A model generated the notes under the pieces. The model searched no databases, was not told the origin of the DNA, and saw nothing but the letters and a program-made list of their open reading frames with translations. Shown piece after piece: positions 47,226 to 55,462 of a DNA stretch of 64,000 bases; within the stretch, counting starts at the first letter, position 1, and the number at the start of each line of letters is the position of its first letter. A program made the translations under genes and the position numbers. The DNA comes from a virus (Duplodnaviria; Heunggongvirae; Uroviricota; Caudoviricetes), in IMG/VR virus record IMGVR_UViG_3300028805_000044; one strand, given 5' to 3'.

Positions 47226-47524
47226 CACTGGAGGAAGTCCATAACCATATAGCACTATGGCTGATAGATGAACGAAAAGTCTGTCTTGGACGTGCTTTCC
47301 TCCAAACTATACTCCTCGTCGAGGAGTTGCCATGAATCTCCTATGAATTCACTAAAAATACCAAACTAAAGAGGTCATACAGCAAAATTTTTTATGCATT
47401 ACTATCACAAAAATTTTTATTAAAATTTCCTGGTTCCCCTGGGTTTGACTCCCAGTATTATGAGTTATGGTATTCTCATAGTAGCAGCGATGTTGAAGGG
47501 CTGCTTAGCATAGACCTCTTAAAT

Positions 47525-47601
47525 GGTACATTAAGCCCCGTTGGCTGGGGAACTAGACTGTCACTCTAGTAAAACTAAGGGTTCGAACCCCTTATGTACC
47601 G
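47525..47601 (+). tRNA. trnD: tRNA-Asp(GUC)
   Basis: CTAGA-CTGTCAC-TCTAG; G73. Confidence 0.8.
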
Positions 47602-47927
47602 CTAGTTCAAAACAACAAACAGCCAAAGTGTTACAAGTTTTGTTTATGGAAGAAGTTAAATTCAAAATGGACCAAGAGATTATAAATAAATATTCTCAAG
47701 GTTCCTCTGTAAAACAAACCTTTACAACACCTTTAAAAAATGTGAGAGCTTATCTAACAGAAGATAATAAAGCAATCTTTATAGGCACTTCTAAACAGAA
47801 AGCTAAGTTATCTAATTTACTCTCATTGGTAGCTGCAGCTAAATCATATAGCCTTAGTATTAATACTGAAGGTTCACATTTAGTTTGCTTACTCTCTCTT
47901 TAATGAACTTTTTAAGTTCATTAATAC

Positions 47928-47998
47928 TGGTCCTTAGTTTAGTGGTAGAACGGCGGTCTCCAAAATCGCTAGCATCAGTTCGATTCTGGTAGGATCTG
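47928..47998 (+). tRNA. trnW: tRNA-Trp(CCA)
   Basis: GCGGT-CTCCAAA-ATCGC. Confidence 0.82.
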
Positions 47999-48063
47999 CT
48001 GTCATTCATTTTTATAAAATACGAGTTTTTCAGTATCCAGTCTGTGAAGATAGGATACTTTAT

Positions 48064-48134
48064 GGGCAATTGTCCGAGCGACTAGGTAGCGGACTGCAAA
48101 TCCGTTTAGACAGGTTTGACTCCTGTATTGCCTT
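48064..48134 (+). tRNA. trnC: tRNA-Cys(GCA)
   Basis: GCGGA-CTGCAAA-TCCGT; U73. Confidence 0.82.
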
Positions 48135-48210
48135 CTTTTCTTTGTGTCTTCGGCTTAATAGAGCTGAAGAATTAGTACTTTGTTTGTAAAAATAGAGTAC
48201 TTTTTAATAT

Positions 48211-48292
48211 CGTGGTCGAGTGAAACTGGATATTTATAAATCACATCTGTCCCATAAGCAGATAATAGTGGGTTCGACTCCCACGACCACAA
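48211..48292 (+). tRNA. tRNA-Met(CAU), initiator-like C1.A72, atypical
   Basis: TCTGT-CCCATAA-GCAGA; enlarged D loop, C33. Confidence 0.65.
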
Positions 48293-48641
48293 CAAACGAT
48301 AAGATTCGTAGCAGTCGAACTGGGAGTACAGTGCGATGGTTGGCAACTAGTGAAGTTACTCTAATCCTAAAGATAAGTCCAACTGAACCCTGCATCGTAA
48401 AGAGAACAAACAGTACTTATTATTTGACTAATAATGGCCCTAAGGTAGGTAAAATACCGAAGACAGCGTCCAGCCACCTGGAGCCCACTGCCAACAACCT
48501 ATTATAGAGTCTGGTAAGATGTGATTCCTATATAACAAGGACACAATGGCGGCCACCTAAATCAAAGTTCTCTTTAAATAAGATTCCTCTGTAGTATGGA
48601 AAGTAGGAGTGGATGAAGTTCAGAATAAGAGGAATCTTTTG

Positions 48642-48726
48642 GGGTAGATATGCAAGTGGTCAAAGCAGGCAAACTGTAAATTTGCCGCCTTTATGGCTTC
48701 GGTGAGTTCAAATCTCTCTCTACCCA
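48642..48726 (+). tRNA. trnY: tRNA-Tyr(GUA)
   Basis: GCAAA-CTGTAAA-TTTGC, long variable arm. Confidence 0.88.
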
Positions 48727-48735
48727 CATTTACAA

Positions 48736-48819
48736 GGACCAGTCGCAAGTTGGTGCGTGACCCACACCCGTCATAGCGTGAAACACGGGATATGCAGCGG
48801 TTCGAATCCGTCTGGCCCA
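48736..48819 (+). ncRNA. Atypical tRNA-like RNA with an enlarged anticodon loop
   Basis: GGACCAG/CTGGCCC-A acceptor, CCCGT...ACGGG stem, T loop TTCGAAT. Confidence 0.45.
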
Positions 48820-48840
48820 CAAACCTTAATCTTTAGATAT

Positions 48841-49869
48841 ATGAAGAAATTACTATTTTTATTTTTCTTTGCTTTACTGCTATTAGGATGCAGTCATGAA
48901 TCTATAAACACACAGGATTATGTAAGTAACAAATTTAAGATTGAGTTTGTAGATTCCTTCGGTACTCCAGATGCTAACCATTATTGGGGATTTGCAGAAG
49001 TTTCTACAAGAGCAATTGATCCAAATTCTAATATGTGGACATGGAGACCTGAAGATGTAACAGATGATGAAATCAGAGATGTAGATAATTGGTTTAGGAA
49101 AAATCCTAATCCATTGTCAATTTCTATAGATTGGTCTAACTTCTTTGTACAACATGTAATTGGACATCACAGTAATATGGATCAGTTGTGGAGTACAGAA
49201 CATATTTATAACTTTAATGCTAATAAAGGTAGTATTCAGAAGGTTGTAAATGGTTCTACATCACATTGGCAATACCATAACTCTTTAGATAGTAAGTTCC
49301 ACGATGAATATGTAATAGTGTGCATTAATGGAAACTACTATGTAGGTTTTGACTTCTTAGCTAATGGACAAAATCCAAATCAGCAAGAAGCAAGAGATGG
49401 TATTTATAATGACTGGATTGTTAAAGTTACCCCTGCTTATAATAAAATGATTATAGCAGAAGACCTTGGAGTATCTAGTGGAAGTGATTTTGATTATAAT
49501 GATGTTGTATTTGGAGTTGATGGAAATGTAATTACTTTGCTTGCTGCAGGTGGAACTCTTCCTCTTTATATAGATGGAGTAGAAGTACACAATGCTTTTG
49601 GTGTTCCAACATCAACTATGGTAAACACTACAAACTTCTATGAGTATCCTCCAGTTCAATTCACAATAGGAAATTATACATTACAAAACATTCCTATTAA
49701 AGTGGTTGGAAAAGCTGGCGAATACTTAATTCAATGGTTTAAGGGAGAGCCTTCTGCTAAGATTTGTGTAGACCATGGATTTATATGGAGTAAAGAGAGA
49801 GTTCCTATTCAAAATACTTATCCTTTATTTAAAGAATATGTAAAAGACCAGACTGTTAAGTTCTGGTAA
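48841..49869 (+). CDS. Putative lipoprotein with a DUF4842/LruC-like C-terminal motif
   Basis: MKKLLFLFFFALLLLGC lipobox; AEDLG.....DFDYNDVVF. Confidence 0.7.
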   Translation: MKKLLFLFFFALLLLGCSHESINTQDYVSNKFKIEFVDSFGTPDANHYWGFAEVSTRAIDPNSNMWTWRPEDVTDDEIRDVDNWFRKNPNPLSISIDWSNFFVQHVIGHHSNMDQLWSTEHIYNFNANKGSIQKVVNGSTSHWQYHNSLDSKFHDEYVIVCINGNYYVGFDFLANGQNPNQQEARDGIYNDWIVKVTPAYNKMIIAEDLGVSSGSDFDYNDVVFGVDGNVITLLAAGGTLPLYIDGVEVHNAFGVPTSTMVNTTNFYEYPPVQFTIGNYTLQNIPIKVVGKAGEYLIQWFKGEPSAKICVDHGFIWSKERVPIQNTYPLFKEYVKDQTVKFW

Positions 49870-49909
49870 TTAAATATAAAGAGCACAGACAGCAACTTAT
49901 CCTTCTGCA

Positions 49910-49995
49910 TTTGATTGTTAATCAAAGGGTCATCGGTTCGAGTCCGATCTCTCCCGCACTGATTCATTTCTGGGAGAGTAGCTCAGTTGGTAGAG
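49910..49995 (+). tRNA. Circularly permuted tRNA-Asn(GUU)-like module
   Basis: The 3' part (anticodon arm, T arm, CTCTCCC-G) precedes the 5' part (GGGAGAG-TAGCTCAGTTGGTAGAG). Confidence 0.8.
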
Positions 49996-50017
49996 TTTAT
50001 GGAAAGTGCTCTTTTCT

Positions 50018-50091
50018 GCCCCTATAACTTTAATTGGTAGAGTGCCTGACTTGTAATCAGGAAGTTGGCAGTTCGAGTCTGTCTGGGGGCC
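50018..50091 (+). tRNA. trnT: tRNA-Thr(UGU)
   Basis: CCTGA-CTTGTAA-TCAGG. Confidence 0.88.
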
Positions 50092-50522
50092 AAATTATGC
50101 TAATGATTATGACTAGAGAATTTAAACTTAAGGTACTTAACAGATGGTTTAATAAGAACAAACAATATTATGAAGATTTTGGATATGAAGGAGTTCTTAT
50201 TTATAATGGGCCATTAAGAAAGATGCTCCTAATTAAATGGGAGTTTGATACATATCAGATTCTAACTAAGAGTCATATGTATAGTAAATTATTAACAAAA
50301 ACATTTTATAAGAATGATGAATCACAAATCAATAATTTAATATGCACCGTATCGTGCTGAATTTCAGTAGGATCGTTGCGTTACGCTGTTCCACGGTGAC
50401 ATACTATATGTATGGGAACAGAAAAAGAGTACTTACAGCAATTACTCTCAGTCTTAAGTTATGTCGAAACAAAGTTGTTGGTACTCTTTATGAGCGGACT
50501 TCGAGTCCGCTCTTTTCATCTT

Positions 50523-50607
50523 GGGCCGAGAGCAGAGCTGGCTACTGCACCGGACTTTTAATCCGGAGAAATTCGTTTCACGCAGGGTTCGAGTCCCTGT
50601 CGGCTCA
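50523..50607 (+). tRNA. trnK: tRNA-Lys(UUU) with long variable arm
   Basis: CCGGA-CTTTTAA-TCCGG; variable hairpin GAAA-TTCG-TTTC. Confidence 0.8.
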
Positions 50608-51323
50608 CAATATGAAAATAAAAATAGCAGAAGTAGGCTGTTCCTTAATGAATTTTGGAACTTTAGTGGATTGTTATCCACAAGTATGTTTCCTATGTAA
50701 ACATTATGGCTATGGATATTTTGAAGAAAGAGATGTAGCTCCTAAAGAATTAGTAGATTTAATAAGGGATTTTCGTTATGTAATAAAGGGAGATGATGGT
50801 CAGGTTTCGACGTAATCCATCTTTGACAAATTCTAGAGTTGTTAAATGGTCTAAGTAAGGTGCCCTTCTTATAAAGTATGTGTAAAATAAAATATAAAAA
50901 TAGAGATAATAAATGAAATTAGTAGTATTATTTTTTGGATGCTATATATTCCTAACTATAATTGTGTGTGGAATTGCATCAATGGTTAACAGTAAGTTTG
51001 TACATAACTTTGCTATGGCACTATGGTGTAGCTTTCCATTCATTTGTGTATTAACTGTATTAGTTATGATTATTCTCTTATAAAGGACACTCATAGCAAT
51101 TACTAAACAATTAAAATTGTGTTTTGCATTTCTGGAAGTGTCCTTCTCTTATAAAGAGAACATACAGCAAAATTGTTGGTTCAAGGTTTTAAATATGAAA
51201 ATTTCAAACTGAATGGGTTCAAATCCCTATGTTCTCTTTTAAATAGTCTTAATTTCATTTTATCATATAAAAAAGAAGTCGTCAGCAAATACTTTTACAA
51301 ATCTAGGTCCACCAAAATCGCCG

Positions 51324-51394
51324 GGACTCATCGTCTAGTGGTAGGACACCCAACTCTAAATTGGGAAACGACAGTTCGAATCTGTATTGGCACA
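51324..51394 (+). tRNA. Second CUA-anticodon tRNA-like sequence with a non-pairing acceptor stem
   Basis: CCCAA-CTCTAAA-TTGGG; D arm TCGTCTAGTGGTAGGAC; T loop TTCGAAT. Confidence 0.6.
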
Positions 51395-51439
51395 AACGAC
51401 TTCTTACTTACGGATGTATCTCCTCTGCCTGATAAGGAG

Positions 51440-51511
51440 CTCTGCGTAGCTCAATGGTTGAGCACCATCCTGATAAGATGGAGGATGCTGGTTCAAGTCC
51501 AGCCGCAGAGA
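51440..51511 (+). tRNA. trnI: tRNA-Ile(GAU), nested in an outer tRNA-like RNA (51410-51593)
   Basis: CCATC-CTGATAA-GATGG; CTCTGCG/CGCAGAG-A. Confidence 0.85.
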
Positions 51512-52067
51512 CTTATTAAAAATTTATTACTTACGGAAATAATTATTAGGCAGTTGAAAGAGTAACAGGTGGGTTCAACTCCCACCTTCCGTACTACTCG
51601 ATTTTTGTAGATAAGTGTTCCATTTAGAGACAGTCTGTGAAGATAGTCTCTTTACATAGATAGTTCATTACTCTCCTTAGGGAGAGTTGTTCTATATAAA
51701 GAGTTCAAATCAAAACATTCAAAACAAACCAAACCAATTCAATTCAAACATTTTCACAACTAAGAATGTTTCTGCTTAGGCAGGAATGTTTTTTGTGAAT
51801 GCCTCCTGATTACGTGTAGTTAGGAGGTAAAATGTTTTGGACTCACTCGGAGCTTGAGGTTGCAAACTCAGGCTCCATTCTTTTGAAAATTTTTAATTAT
51901 GTATATAGCAAGAGATTATAATGGAACATTGTGGCTTCATATGAGTAAGCCATCTAGAAATGGTTGGACATGGCAATCTAAAAGATTTATTCAATTAGAT
52001 GAAAAATTATTCCCAGAGTTAAAATGGGAAAGTAATCCAATCAAAGTAGATTTTAAGAAAATCTAAA

Positions 52068-52140
52068 GGGGCAGAAGCTAACTCGGTAGAAGCGCCAGAC
52101 TGAAAATCTGGAGGAGGTCGTTCGACTCGACCCTGCCCCA
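52068..52140 (+). tRNA. trnF: tRNA-Phe(GAA)
   Basis: CCAGA-CTGAAAA-TCTGG. Confidence 0.85.
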
Positions 52141-52609
52141 CTAAAGAGTGCATACAGCAAAATCTTATTTTAGGTCCGAACTTGTAATTCGATAATCTGT
52201 AATAGCACTCTTTTTAAATAGGAAGTTAATACCAATTGTAAATACGTTTAAAGGGCTTATACAGCAAATCTTGAATACAATAGCAGACGCAGTATTGATT
52301 TCAGAGCCCTTCCTCTAGGAACACAAACAGCAACTATTTATGTACATATGATTGTCATTCATAGAGGTAGTAAGTGTTCCTTTTAAATTGTAATTATCGT
52401 TATTATGAATAATCCATTTAAAGAAGACAAAATTGGAAAAGCAAGAGAAGAAGCCAGGGAATTCTGGCAACTTAAAGAGAAAGATGGAGAAATCTGGATT
52501 ACTTATAATGGTGCTCCAGTTATTCCTGAATCTATGTTGAAGAAACCTGCTCTCGAAACTATCTTAGAAGTTAGAGAGCTTTATGTTAAATCCAAAAACG
52601 TGTTACAAA

Positions 52610-53395
52610 ATGCAGAAACTTAATGTATTATTAGCATTACGTCAGAAGCTTGCTAATCGTTACAATCAGATGGTTGGAGATTATACAAGTTTCTTTAAAA
52701 ACAAACAGGGTGCTTTTAGAGGTACCTTAAAGACTCATTCACCATTAGAAGGTTATCCAGTTGACTTTACTAAGGTTGCTAATGAGCGTGTCGTCACTAC
52801 TGTAAAGGAGAAGATGGACTGGTTTATCAAAGAAGCCCTAGAGTATTACAATACTGCTCTGGCTATTGAAGCTTCTAATGGTGAAGGTGCAGCCACTGTT
52901 CCCCTTGAGTTTGATGGAAAGACTTACGGTCCTTATCCAGCTACTGTCTTACTAAGAATGAGAGGTATCTTTGAGAGTGATAAACTTTCTCAGATGCTGA
53001 ACATTATTCCTGTTAGAGAAGCTACAAGAGTCTGGGTTGAAGCTGATGAGGATGAAGACTACAAGAAGCGCGGTATTGTCCAGACTGAACGTCAAAGTGG
53101 AGAAACCAAGACAACTGAGACACACCAGGAAATTCTGAAGGATCCAAATATCAATCCTGAGAACGTTCCATCTAACTATCGCGCTACAGTTACAAATGTA
53201 GCAACTACTGTAAAGACAGGTGATTATACTGCTCAGTTCTTTAGTGGTGAATGGACACATGAGAAGAGAGCTGCCCTCTTAAAGAGACGCAGTGAACTTC
53301 TTGATGCTATCGATACTGCACTTCAAAAGGTTAATGACCGAGATGCTAAGGAGTGTAAGATCGATGATCTCTTGAAACATCTTATTTATGGATGA
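52610..53395 (+). CDS. Hypothetical phage protein preceding the Y-RNA-like element
   Basis: ATG 52610 (MQKLNVLLAL), 261 aa. Confidence 0.7.
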   Translation: MQKLNVLLALRQKLANRYNQMVGDYTSFFKNKQGAFRGTLKTHSPLEGYPVDFTKVANERVVTTVKEKMDWFIKEALEYYNTALAIEASNGEGAATVPLEFDGKTYGPYPATVLLRMRGIFESDKLSQMLNIIPVREATRVWVEADEDEDYKKRGIVQTERQSGETKTTETHQEILKDPNINPENVPSNYRATVTNVATTVKTGDYTAQFFSGEWTHEKRAALLKRRSELLDAIDTALQKVNDRDAKECKIDDLLKHLIYG

Positions 53396-53506
53396 TATAT
53401 AAATTTTTTTTATTTTTGACCTTAGCTTTAGCTTTACACATTAGCATTACACAATCCTAGATGATTAGCATTAATGTTGTGGTCAGAGCTTTAGCATTAA
53501 GGTTAC

Positions 53507-53709
53507 TGTGTATTACGTATCCTGGTGACTATTACAGTTTCCGATAATCGCGGGTTCAAATCCCGTCTCCCCCTCAATAACCATATTGTTTACAATTTTG
53601 TGTGTTTTAGAAATGGTCTGAAGCGTCAGACCTAAATGGGGGAGTCGTCTAGTGGTTAGGACTTCGGAGTTTTATAGCTTCAGCTTAAAGGGATATAAAG
53701 TAATATACA
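53507..53709 (+). ncRNA. Permuted tRNA-like (YrlA-topology) RNA
   Basis: Long outer helix, then T arm, acceptor stem closed by a linker, D arm, and back to the outer helix. Confidence 0.7.
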
Positions 53710-53750
53710 AATGTTTATGGACTAGTAAGACGGAGTTGTCGCTAGTCCTA

Positions 53751-53822
53751 GGGGGAGTAGTTCAGTGGTTAGAGCAATAGTCGCCAAACTGTGTGTCGGT
53801 GGTTCGAATCCATCCTCCCCTG
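53751..53822 (+). tRNA. tRNA-like gene, 6-nt anticodon loop (CGCCAA), undetermined
   Basis: GGGGGAG/CTCCCCT-G with canonical D and T arms. Confidence 0.55.
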
Positions 53823-53906
53823 CTTCTTATATTAATTTTTTTTTGATCTTTTTTGATATTGAAAATTCTTGCACTGTTTGCTTGTGAAAGTGAACAGTGT
53901 TTTATT

Positions 53907-54002
53907 GGCGCAGTGCTGGAATGGTAGACAGGTCTAGATATTTAATCTAGAGGTACAAGTATTCTAGGTATGTACATGGGAGTTCGAGTCTCTCCTGCAC
54001 CA
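53907..54002 (+). tRNA. Leu-type tRNA body with an aberrant anticodon loop
   Basis: GCTGGAATGGTAGACAG D arm, TCTAGA-TATTTAA-TCTAGA, long variable arm. Confidence 0.6.
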
Positions 54003-54537
54003 CTAAAAAGTTTATTTATTATGGATATAACAATTATATTAACAGTTATTTCAATATGCTTTTTAGCTATTATGGGTTCTCATGTTTATGAACATAAAGA
54101 TATCTATGAAAAACTTGAAGAAATAGAAAAGAAAATTGAAGAACTAAAGAGAACAAACAGCAATTCATAACAAGGAATTTGGTTCCGTTAGTGGTGGTTG
54201 AAATCCATCTCCCTCCGCTTATTCTTAGCTGTTAAATGGAGGGATAGTATAATGCCTAGTGTGCTTGCTCCGCAAGTACACGTTAGCACGACGATGTTTA
54301 GTTCTCTTTTAAATCTTATACCTTATTTCACTCAAACGACTTGCTGGGAATCCAGCTTATGAAGAGATATCTTACGTCGTCTTATCCTCTGCAGTGGGAA
54401 AGAAACTGGATAAAACCTTATAAGTGCTCGAAATAAGCTAGCATAAATGAGCATGAAATTGGTTGTGTTCTCGAGTGAGGAAGGTTGGAAAGCTCTGTGT
54501 TCGCTCATGGAGAGCGTTAAGGAGCTTTCCTTTTAAC

Positions 54538-54629
54538 GGAAGAATAAGCCTAATTGCTAAGGCAGCACTCTTGAAAAGTGCTAGTAGTCGTATAACAGCG
54601 GCGTGTGGGTTGGAGTCCCACTTCTTCCT
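54538..54629 (+). tRNA. trnS: tRNA-Ser(UGA)
   Basis: GCACT-CTTGAAA-AGTGC, long variable arm. Confidence 0.8.
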
Positions 54630-54642
54630 CTAATAAAATTTA

Positions 54643-55053
54643 TTGAATATGGGTAATATTTATAATTTAGTAAATGGAGTCAATCCTGCAACATTTTTCT
54701 TTATTCCTATGCTAGGTAAACATCCTGATTCTTATCCAAGATTTAGGGATTGCTTTGTAGGAAAAAATAAAACTATACACATCCTTACAAGACTTGGTCA
54801 TGAAGATTATGAAGAAGAGCAAGAAGAAATGAGAGCTCTTCCAAATTATCTGAATGATTATGTAATGGAAGATGAACCAACTTATCGTATGTTTGTGTAT
54901 AAGTGCCCATCTGAATGGGAATCTGATTGGGATCTTCTAATTAACGGAAAGAAGCCATCAAACATATATATAGATCGTATGTGTGAAGTTTATCCTAAGT
55001 TAGAAGAAAATTTTAGAAAAATGTATGAAGAAATGTCTCCTACACAAATGTAG
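54643..55053 (+). CDS. Hypothetical protein
   Basis: Track ORF; YPRFRDCF motif. Confidence 0.6.
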   Translation: MNMGNIYNLVNGVNPATFFFIPMLGKHPDSYPRFRDCFVGKNKTIHILTRLGHEDYEEEQEEMRALPNYLNDYVMEDEPTYRMFVYKCPSEWESDWDLLINGKKPSNIYIDRMCEVYPKLEENFRKMYEEMSPTQM

Positions 55054-55315
55054 TGCTCATTGCTGTTATAATATAGCTTTTGGGCATAACGAGCTAGAAA
55101 GATTTGCAAGTCAAATTGTAAATCCAGTTCTTGGCTTTACTCCCTTTGGTGGAGTTAAAATAGCTATGACCTCTTGGGACATTGAATATAATAAATGTCC
55201 CTTTCTTCGGAAGGATTTGAAATGCAATATTTATGAAAATCGTCCCGTTGTATGTAGAAAATTCGGAGAAATTCCGGAATTACCATGTAAGTATCTAAAG
55301 GACACATCTAAGTAA
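55025..55315 (+). CDS. YkgJ-like Cys-cluster (Zn/Fe-chelating) protein
   Basis: C....CSAHCC...CPFL..D.KC.IYENRP.VCR.F. Confidence 0.75.
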   Translation: MKKCLLHKCSAHCCYNIAFGHNELERFASQIVNPVLGFTPFGGVKIAMTSWDIEYNKCPFLRKDLKCNIYENRPVVCRKFGEIPELPCKYLKDTSK

Positions 55316-55375
55316 AAATTAGATACCGTAGACATAGAGAGTTGTACGGGGTAGTGAAATGTAAGGACTTACAAC

Positions 55376-55462
55376 AGAGAGTTGGGTGAGCGGTTTAAAC
55401 CAACGCATTGCTAATGCGTCGCTCGTGAGAACGGGCCACTGGTTCGAATCCAGTACTCTCTT
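55376..55462 (+). tRNA. trnS: tRNA-Ser(GCU)
   Basis: ACGCA-TTGCTAA-TGCGT, long variable arm. Confidence 0.85.

Larger units (their letters stand above)
46534..54309 (+). repeat. Dispersed stem-CAGCAA RNA family (12-13 copies)
   Basis: Copies at 46534-46606, 46688-46809, 47369-47520, 48399-48575, 49878-50014, 50424-50489, 51083-51145, 51153-51239, 51273-51405, 52143-52213, 52251-52311, 52317-52381 and 54146-54309. Each has a 7-12 bp terminal stem with CAGCAA (variants CAGTA, TAGCAA) on the 5' side. Confidence 0.85.

Noticed and set aside
47229-47304. Hammerhead-like CTGATAGA...GAAA in an end-paired hairpin
   Set aside because: There is no proper stem II or cleavage triplet; left as an unassigned structure.
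51704-51760. CAAA/CAAT-rich tract as a functional repeat
   Set aside because: Low complexity with no consistent unit or other support.
46534-54309. CAGCAA elements as a CRISPR array or MITE family
   Set aside because: They are not direct repeats at regular spacing, stems differ between copies, and I saw no cas genes, transposase or target-site duplications.
54350-54415. Hammerhead ribozyme (CTTATGA...GAAA)
   Set aside because: The core deviates from CUGANGA and the stem geometry is wrong. The region may still be a structured RNA.
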